DNA of 64,000 bases from an uncultured virus (IMG/VR IMGVR_UViG_3300042891_000356) (Duplodnaviria; Heunggongvirae; Uroviricota; Caudoviricetes). A model generated the notes under the pieces. It made no database searches, was not told where the DNA came from, and was given only the letters and a program-made list of their open reading frames with translations. The stretch lies in IMG/VR virus record IMGVR_UViG_3300042891_000356. One strand, written 5' to 3'. A program made the position numbers and the translations under genes. Every line of letters begins with the position of its first letter. Within the stretch, counting starts at the first letter, position 1. Below, piece by piece: positions 57,534 to 64,000 of this stretch.

Positions 57534-58998
57534 CGCGGCAGTAACAGTCATACAAAATGACGAAATTGTATTTGCTGGGCACAGTGAACGCTACAGTAAG
57601 ATTAAGCACGATCCAAATTTGTGTTCGGCGTTACTAGCAGATGCTATTTTAGAATCTGGAGCCTACCCACATCAAATAGCCTATTACGAAAGACCCTGGG
57701 TTAAAAAGACACGACAACTATATGCCGGGCAATACAGTGAATTGACCAAAGGATGGAGTGTACGTAATATGATTTCAGAAGCTGCGCCTTGGTTTAATCA
57801 CCGAGACATCCCACTTAAAACATATAATCATCATTTAAGTCATGCCGCCGCAGGTTTTCAAACTAGTCCGTTTGACGATGCTACAGTTGTAGTAATTGAT
57901 GCAATTGGCGAGTGGGATACAATCAGCATATGGAAGGCCGAGTATGTCAATGGTCGAGCTGAATACACCCGAGTGTGGCGACAACTATACCCGCACAGTA
58001 TTGGCCTAATGTACAGTGCGTTTACTAAAGAAGTTGGACTCAGACCCTTAGACGAAGAATATATCCTAATGGGTATGGCAGGTTGGGCAGAAAAAAATAC
58101 ACAACCGTTGAGTAATGAGCTTTCAATTTGGTTAGTTGACCACGAGTTTGATCTGACATTAAAACATAACCTGCATATTGGATTACCTGATAATGACATG
58201 CGTCGTCGATGGAATGAATTTGAAATTGCTAGTGCGGCACAGACATTAGCAGAACAATTGATACATAATATAATGTATAAGGCAAGTCAGCTGGCACCCA
58301 ATGACAATTTAGTATATTCAGGTGGCGTTGCGCTTAACTGTAGTGCCAATAGAGATTTGGGAGAATATTTTGATAACGTATGGATTATGCCTAATCCTGG
58401 TGATGCTGGTAGCAGCCTTGGAGCGGCGGCATTGGCACACGGGGGCCGACTTAATTGGAATAATGCTTTTCTTGGTCACAATATTAGTGGCCCTTATCCT
58501 TGCGCCGATGTTGTATCCGAACTAATGACCAATAAGATTGTTGGTGTAGCTAATGGTCGTGCAGAGTTTGGTCCTAGAGCATTGGGTAATCGTAGTTTAT
58601 TAGCAGATCCACGTGGGCCCAATATTAAAGATCGAGTAAATGAAATCAAACGTCGTCAACAGTTTAGACCGTTTGCTCCTATTATACTAGAAGAATTTGT
58701 CGATGAATATTTTGAAATGCCCAACGGATTTGCCACAAGCAGATATATGCAGACCACCGCAAAGTGCTTGCGTCCTGATGAATTTCCTGCTATAATACAT
58801 GTAGATGGTACAAGTCGTGTACAGACTGTGCCTAGAGATGGTAGTGGCATACGTGAACTATTGTGTTTATGGTATACGTGGACCGGTTGTCCGATGTTGC
58901 TTAATACAAGTTTAAACATCAGAGGCGAACCAATGGTAAATGATCGTGCAGATGCAGATCGATTTGAACAGTTATACGGAGTTCGTGTTTTATCATGA
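57499..58998 (+). CDS. Carbamoyltransferase (NodU/CmcH/TobZ family)
   Basis: HDAA, ERYSKIKHD, HHLSHAA, DAIGE, GGVALN, GDAG, EFGPRALGNRS, RPFAP and LNTSLN. Confidence 0.95.
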   Translation: MNILGISAGFHDAAVTVIQNDEIVFAGHSERYSKIKHDPNLCSALLADAILESGAYPHQIAYYERPWVKKTRQLYAGQYSELTKGWSVRNMISEAAPWFNHRDIPLKTYNHHLSHAAAGFQTSPFDDATVVVIDAIGEWDTISIWKAEYVNGRAEYTRVWRQLYPHSIGLMYSAFTKEVGLRPLDEEYILMGMAGWAEKNTQPLSNELSIWLVDHEFDLTLKHNLHIGLPDNDMRRRWNEFEIASAAQTLAEQLIHNIMYKASQLAPNDNLVYSGGVALNCSANRDLGEYFDNVWIMPNPGDAGSSLGAAALAHGGRLNWNNAFLGHNISGPYPCADVVSELMTNKIVGVANGRAEFGPRALGNRSLLADPRGPNIKDRVNEIKRRQQFRPFAPIILEEFVDEYFEMPNGFATSRYMQTTAKCLRPDEFPAIIHVDGTSRVQTVPRDGSGIRELLCLWYTWTGCPMLLNTSLNIRGEPMVNDRADADRFEQLYGVRVLS

Positions 58999-59396
58999 AA
59001 ATCTTAATTTGCGGATTACCTGGTTCGGGTAAAACTACACTTGCACATGCATTATCAAAATTGATAGATTGTATATGGTACAATGCTGATGCAGTCAGAA
59101 GCAAGTATAATGATTGGGACTTTTCCAACGAAGGTAGACTACGCCAAGCAACACGTATGAAAAAGTTAGCTGATGACAGTAACGGTCATGTTGTATGCGA
59201 CTTTGTTGCTCCCACTAACGAAATACGTGATATATTCAACGCCGACTACGTTGTATGGATAGATACAATTAAACTAGGTAGATTTGACGATACAAATAAA
59301 GTGTTCGAACCTCCAAAACATTACGATATACGAGTAACAGAACAAGATGCCGAACGTTGGGCAGCTATTATTGCTAAGGACATAAATGAAGCCTAA
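58995..59396 (+). CDS. Short adenylylsulfate-kinase-like P-loop protein
   Basis: GLPGSGKTT, NADAVR, DFS..GR.RQ and FEPP resemble CysC. It is only 133 aa. Confidence 0.7.
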   Translation: MKILICGLPGSGKTTLAHALSKLIDCIWYNADAVRSKYNDWDFSNEGRLRQATRMKKLADDSNGHVVCDFVAPTNEIRDIFNADYVVWIDTIKLGRFDDTNKVFEPPKHYDIRVTEQDAERWAAIIAKDINEA

Positions 59397-59808
59397 ACAT
59401 CAAACAGCACACATGCAGGCCGCTCACATCTACGCTGAATTAAGTTCGGCACGTAGACTTAAAGTAGGCGCACTAGTAGTAAAAGACGATAGAATTATTT
59501 CAATTGGCTACAACGGTATGCCCAAGGGATGGGATAATAACTGCGAAAATGAATTAGAAGATGGAACAATTAAAACTAAACCAGAGGTGTTACATGCAGA
59601 AACTAACGCAATTGCGAAACTGGCTAGAAGTACTGAGTCTGGGCTTGATGCTGATTTATTTGTTACTCATAGTCCTTGTTTGGACTGCGCTAAACTCATA
59701 TATCAATCAGGTATTAAGCGAGTATTCTATGCTAATGCTTATCGCGATAATTCCGGGATTAATTTCCTTAAATCTTCGGGGATTGCAGTAGAGCAACTAG
59801 ATGTTTGA
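59386..59808 (+). CDS. cd: dCMP deaminase
   Basis: VGA, SIGYNG, HAETNAI and SPCLDCAK zinc motifs. Confidence 0.93.
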   Translation: MKPKHQTAHMQAAHIYAELSSARRLKVGALVVKDDRIISIGYNGMPKGWDNNCENELEDGTIKTKPEVLHAETNAIAKLARSTESGLDADLFVTHSPCLDCAKLIYQSGIKRVFYANAYRDNSGINFLKSSGIAVEQLDV

Positions 59809-62419
59809 TGTATTCTATACAGGCCTAAAGCCTGACTTATTTCCTTTTGAACTGCCTGCTGATACACTAGCGGAAGCTGCCAGTTTAAGTCGCACCAAGT
59901 TCTTTTGGTTTGTTAACGGACAGAATGACTATACAGGATTTGATTTTAGCTTTCGTGCAGTACCTTGGGAAGAACATCAGATACACACATGGCCAAACCA
60001 ATGGCAACCCGATGGCGGAACATACTTAGCCAACAAGTATACTATACAGGACGGCATACACAATTATCATACTGAAACATATACACAACGTCTGCCTAAT
60101 TTAGACTATTGGTATATACCTGATAATATAGATCCTACTAGCATTGATCAAAGATGGGCACCCGATCCGCAAGACCCACCGTACATATATCAATTCCCAG
60201 TTAAGTGGGGATGGGATCGAATTGGTGGTCCAGAGTATCGTGTACCTGATGCTGTCAACATTAAGTTTGTAGATGATTTCTATGCTCGCACCTGCAGTGA
60301 TATGACTTTGTGGTATGTACCTGCCAATATAGATAAAGAATCATTTGACTTTAGTTGGGTACCACATCCAGCAGAACAACCCTACATATATAAATTTCCC
60401 ACAGTGTGGAATGCAGTTGGTGGACCGGAGTATCACACACCCGGTGCTACTCAAGAAAAGTATATCGATGCTGTAGTAGCACGTACACTGCCAGACCGTA
60501 CCTTATGGACTGTTCCGGAAGAAGTTAATGCTGACACTGTAGATTTTAGTTGGGTTCCACATCCACAAGATCCTCCCTACATCTATCACTTTGGCACAGA
60601 ATTTCAATCCAGCATTGGTCTAACATATACTGTGCCCGGAGCAACTGAAGTTAAATTTGCCGGGCCTATTCCAGAACTAGGACAACACGACAATCCAGTA
60701 TTACAAGTATTAGACATATTCTTTATTGACAAGAGTAATGCTAGTGCTGCTCTACGTTATGAAAAGTTAGTTGAACAATATCCACATGTGCAAAAGATAC
60801 GCTATGTTAATTCGATGATTGACACAATACGTCGTTGTATTGTACGTACAAAGACCAGTAAGTTTTGGGTTATCAGTAGTGAAAACATTTACGATAATTT
60901 TGATTTTACATGGCATGCTCAACCGTGGCAAAATTACATGACACATGTGTTTGGATCACAACATCAGAAGTGGAGTGATACATATTTAATTAATCGCTGG
61001 GAGTTTGAACGCACAACCACTTGGGCTAACAGCTTAGAAGAATTTCCAAATCTCAACTTTGTACAAGACCAAAGTATTATTATTCCGGATGACCTACATG
61101 ACATTTACTTTGTGGATCACGGTAATGATAACGATCAACTTGAGCAACTAGAAAAGAAACATCCTGATATTAAACAAACTCGATATGTTGACAACTACCT
61201 TGATACCTTTAAACGTATCATGGCTACGGCAACTACGGAACACGTATGGATAATCAGTAGTCTTTGTGACTATGCTCGCTTTGATTTTAGTTGGCAACCA
61301 GAACCCTGGCAGAAAGAAATGATACACGTATTCCCTAGTGCCAATCAAGCACGCGGTGATACATTCTATATACATGTCGAATCGTTTAAACAGCAAATGG
61401 TTGAACTTGAACTGTTAGATTGGTTTAATGTTATTAACTACTGCGATGAACAACGTGTGCCACGACTACCTATTCCTAGTTATCAGTATGAAGGTGACAA
61501 TTTAATTGCGGCAATTAAGTCGCACGATTTTAAACATCCTTATACGTGGTTTTTTAATTACGATCGTGGTGCACAGTATAATCCAAGCATTTGGTACGCA
61601 AAAGACCGTGAAATTGTTAGTTTTTCGGCCGGAAATAGCTATATTTTAGCCCCTAGAGACGCCAAATCTGCTATCAATACACAAGCGTACGATTATCCCT
61701 ATATTACTAAAATGCCTATGTTTAATGAGCCTGCACTAGATATCATCTATATTAGCAATGGTGAACCAGATGCAGAACGTTGGTATGAACATTTACTCAG
61801 CACAGTAGCCCCAACACGTAAAACAGTTAAACGTGTGCAAAATGTTGATGGGCGAGCTAATGCATACAAAACCGCTGCTGAATTGAGTGAAACGCCGTGG
61901 TTCTTTGCTGTGTTTGCTAAGTTAGAAGTTAATACAGACTTTGATTGGGATTGGCAACCAGACTACTTGCAAGGTCCTAAACATTACATATTCCACAGTA
62001 AGAACCCAGTTAACGGATTAGAGTATGGACACATGGGTGTAATTGCGTACAACAAACGCCTTGTGCAGGAAACAACAGAAACAGGACTAGACTTTACATT
62101 GAGTGCTGCACACGCTGTAGTGCCTCTGCTAAGTGCTACAGCGCATTATAATACTACACCTGAACTAACATGGCGCACTGCGTTCAGAGAGTGTATCAAA
62201 CTTAAAGATGACGTAGAGCGCACAGGCAGTATTGAAAGTCGTTATCGGTTAGACGTATGGTTAACAACGGCTGAAGGTAACTGTGCTGAATCAAGTTTAC
62301 AAGGTGCACAGGACGCACTAGAATATTACAATGATGTTGCTGGTGATATGGATCAACTAATGCTGACGTTTGAATGGGCGTGGTTGAAACAGTATTACGC
62401 TAAAAAGTATATTGTTTAA
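59801..62419 (+). CDS. Multi-repeat glycosyltransferase-like protein
   Basis: Several D(V/I)F(Y/F)...FDF.W...PW modules and three W..P..PYIY.F repeats. The C-terminal domain is paralogous to 46391-47287. Confidence 0.65.
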   Translation: MFDVFYTGLKPDLFPFELPADTLAEAASLSRTKFFWFVNGQNDYTGFDFSFRAVPWEEHQIHTWPNQWQPDGGTYLANKYTIQDGIHNYHTETYTQRLPNLDYWYIPDNIDPTSIDQRWAPDPQDPPYIYQFPVKWGWDRIGGPEYRVPDAVNIKFVDDFYARTCSDMTLWYVPANIDKESFDFSWVPHPAEQPYIYKFPTVWNAVGGPEYHTPGATQEKYIDAVVARTLPDRTLWTVPEEVNADTVDFSWVPHPQDPPYIYHFGTEFQSSIGLTYTVPGATEVKFAGPIPELGQHDNPVLQVLDIFFIDKSNASAALRYEKLVEQYPHVQKIRYVNSMIDTIRRCIVRTKTSKFWVISSENIYDNFDFTWHAQPWQNYMTHVFGSQHQKWSDTYLINRWEFERTTTWANSLEEFPNLNFVQDQSIIIPDDLHDIYFVDHGNDNDQLEQLEKKHPDIKQTRYVDNYLDTFKRIMATATTEHVWIISSLCDYARFDFSWQPEPWQKEMIHVFPSANQARGDTFYIHVESFKQQMVELELLDWFNVINYCDEQRVPRLPIPSYQYEGDNLIAAIKSHDFKHPYTWFFNYDRGAQYNPSIWYAKDREIVSFSAGNSYILAPRDAKSAINTQAYDYPYITKMPMFNEPALDIIYISNGEPDAERWYEHLLSTVAPTRKTVKRVQNVDGRANAYKTAAELSETPWFFAVFAKLEVNTDFDWDWQPDYLQGPKHYIFHSKNPVNGLEYGHMGVIAYNKRLVQETTETGLDFTLSAAHAVVPLLSATAHYNTTPELTWRTAFRECIKLKDDVERTGSIESRYRLDVWLTTAEGNCAESSLQGAQDALEYYNDVAGDMDQLMLTFEWAWLKQYYAKKYIV

Positions 62420-63503
62420 TTATATCTACAATATATTCTACTTCACTATCTGTTAGTTCTGGGTAAATTGGAATACTTAAACAGGTACGACTAAAGTCTT
62501 CTGCACCTTGTAGTACACCCGGATCAAAATTACCGGATACGCTAAGTGTATGTAATGGCATACCGTAATGTATCCGTGTTTCAACACCGTGCTGAGTTAA
62601 ATAATCTTGGAGCATGCGTCTATATTCAGTATGGAATACAAACTTACTCCACGCATGTTCTACCTTACCGTCGATAGGTATTAAATCTACATAGCCATCT
62701 AGTTCGCTGTTGTAGTATTCAGCAATTTGTGTTCTACGCTTCTGCCAACTATCAAAGTGTTTTAGTTTGACCAGCATCTGAGCACAGTCGCTTTCACTCA
62801 TCTTACTGTTAGTACCGGCAACATTATGATCATGGAACTTGCCATTGTCGCGATAGCTACGGCACAGTTCTGCAAAGTCTGCATCATCTGTAAGTATCAT
62901 GCCACCTGAGCCGTAGTTGTTTAAGTTCTTAGTAGGATCAAAACTTAATACACTTATATCACCTAACTTACCACTGGGTACACCACGATAGTATGCACCA
63001 AACGATTGTGCGGCATCTTCTATAACCGGTATACTATGCGTATTCCAAAAGTCTTTATAGGTCTGTAGTTTATCGTAGTCAATAACATTACCAAACAAGT
63101 TTACATACATAACCGCCGCTAGTTCATCTGGTGGTACGTCTATTTTATTTAAATCAATTAAGCCAGATACAGGATCTACATCACAGAATACAGGATCCAT
63201 GCCTGCTTCTATAACTGCATTAACTGTAGCAACAAAACTTTGTGAGGGAATTAGAACTTTGTTCTTTTTGAATAGACTGTAAAAGTCTATGTTGCGTAAG
63301 GCAAAGATAAGAGCTTGTGTGCCACTGTTGACTGCAATGGCATGACGTCGTTCGGACATTTTTGCTACTGTAGATTCGAAGTTTTTGGTGTGTACACCAT
63401 CGAGCACCCGACCAGAAGTATATACTTGATCCGTTACATCAAGTATTTCTTCTCTAATATTAGCGTACTGTCTATCTACGCCAAAGAACTGGATTTTGCT
63501 CAT
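62400..63503 (-). CDS. DegT/DnrJ/EryC1/StrS family PLP-dependent sugar aminotransferase
   Basis: NSGTQAL, FVAT, IEDAAQSFG, SFDPTKNL (catalytic Lys) and LSIPIYP. Confidence 0.95.
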   Translation of the reverse strand: MSKIQFFGVDRQYANIREEILDVTDQVYTSGRVLDGVHTKNFESTVAKMSERRHAIAVNSGTQALIFALRNIDFYSLFKKNKVLIPSQSFVATVNAVIEAGMDPVFCDVDPVSGLIDLNKIDVPPDELAAVMYVNLFGNVIDYDKLQTYKDFWNTHSIPVIEDAAQSFGAYYRGVPSGKLGDISVLSFDPTKNLNNYGSGGMILTDDADFAELCRSYRDNGKFHDHNVAGTNSKMSESDCAQMLVKLKHFDSWQKRRTQIAEYYNSELDGYVDLIPIDGKVEHAWSKFVFHTEYRRMLQDYLTQHGVETRIHYGMPLHTLSVSGNFDPGVLQGAEDFSRTCLSIPIYPELTDSEVEYIVDIIKQYTF

Positions 63504-64000
63504 ACCAAGCGTGGTACCTTTGAAAGCCTTCTTCTACATTTACTTTAGGATTATACCCTAGCTCTCGTTGAGCACGACTAATATCTAAACGACCACGTTT
63601 AGGGAAACTTAAATCACGTGGTGCTATTTCCAAACTACCTTGTCCTGCAATCTTAACAGCAAGCTCGGCGGCATCTTTTAAGTTCCATTGACGCTCTTCG
63701 CTACGTGTAATGTTGTAGATATTACCATTAGCAGCATCTTTAGTAGCCGCAAGTACAATGCCCATAGCAGTGTCTTCTACGTAGGTAAAGTCTAAGACTT
63801 CATCTGGACCATTTACTTTGAGGGTTTCACCACGCATGGCTTTAGTTACAAACTTACTAACCACACGATCCTCTACGTCCCACTCACCATATACGGCACT
63901 TGGTCGAATAATTACATGTTCAAAGCAACCACGTCGACTGTAGTCTTCTACTAGTTTCTCACCCATGTACTTCATAATACCATATTGTCCCTGTGGATTA
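63472..64000 (-). CDS. NAD-dependent sugar epimerase/dehydratase, partial, runs off the right edge
   Basis: The frame is open to the window edge with YGIMK (YxxxK), RPSAVYG, DFTYVED and ELGYNP. Confidence 0.92.
   Translation of the reverse strand, partial: NPQGQYGIMKYMGEKLVEDYSRRGCFEHVIIRPSAVYGEWDVEDRVVSKFVTKAMRGETLKVNGPDEVLDFTYVEDTAMGIVLAATKDAANGNIYNITRSEERQWNLKDAAELAVKIAGQGSLEIAPRDLSFPKRGRLDISRAQRELGYNPKVNVEEGFQRYHAWYEQNPVLWRR

Noticed and set aside
1..64000. Stop-codon reassignment, as seen in some large phages
   Set aside because: Genes are full length in the standard code, and TAA, TAG and TGA all end genes at sensible boundaries.
44449..64000. Cluster as host chromosomal DNA (prophage boundary or chimeric contig)
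   Set aside because: There is no integrase or att-like junction, gene packing and composition resemble the phage part, and related radical SAM genes also sit inside the gp47-gp46 operon.

Overview
This is a 64 kb segment of a large, AT-rich, T4-like (myovirus-type) dsDNA phage genome read in the standard genetic code. From left to right it holds: a head module (prohead protease, acidic scaffold-like protein, portal); a tape-measure-like gene divergent from a gp26-like hub/chaperone gene; a ~690 bp non-coding gap; a minus-strand block (GIY-YIG nuclease, Hc1-like protein, gp46/gp47 nuclease pair interrupted and flanked by radical SAM and accessory genes, gp55 late sigma factor); a ~29 kb baseplate/tail-fibre module including a 4272 aa protein; and a ~20 kb accessory enzyme cluster (glycosyltransferase-like proteins, radical SAM enzymes with N-terminal Fe-S domains, four SGNH-like proteins, carbamoyltransferase, APS-kinase-like protein, dCMP deaminase, DegT aminotransferase, NDP-sugar epimerase). 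The three strongest signals not explained by the ORF track are: (1) a large, apparently pseudoknotted minus-strand ncRNA at about 7100-7600, directly downstream of the GIY-YIG gene; (2) a likely -1 programmed frameshift (T TTT TTC, 6777-6783) joining the gp26-like gene to a start-less downstream frame; (3) the radical SAM/glycan-tailoring cluster beside virion proteins rich in N-x-S/T sequons. All family assignments come from motif recognition by eye; no searches or folding programs were run.
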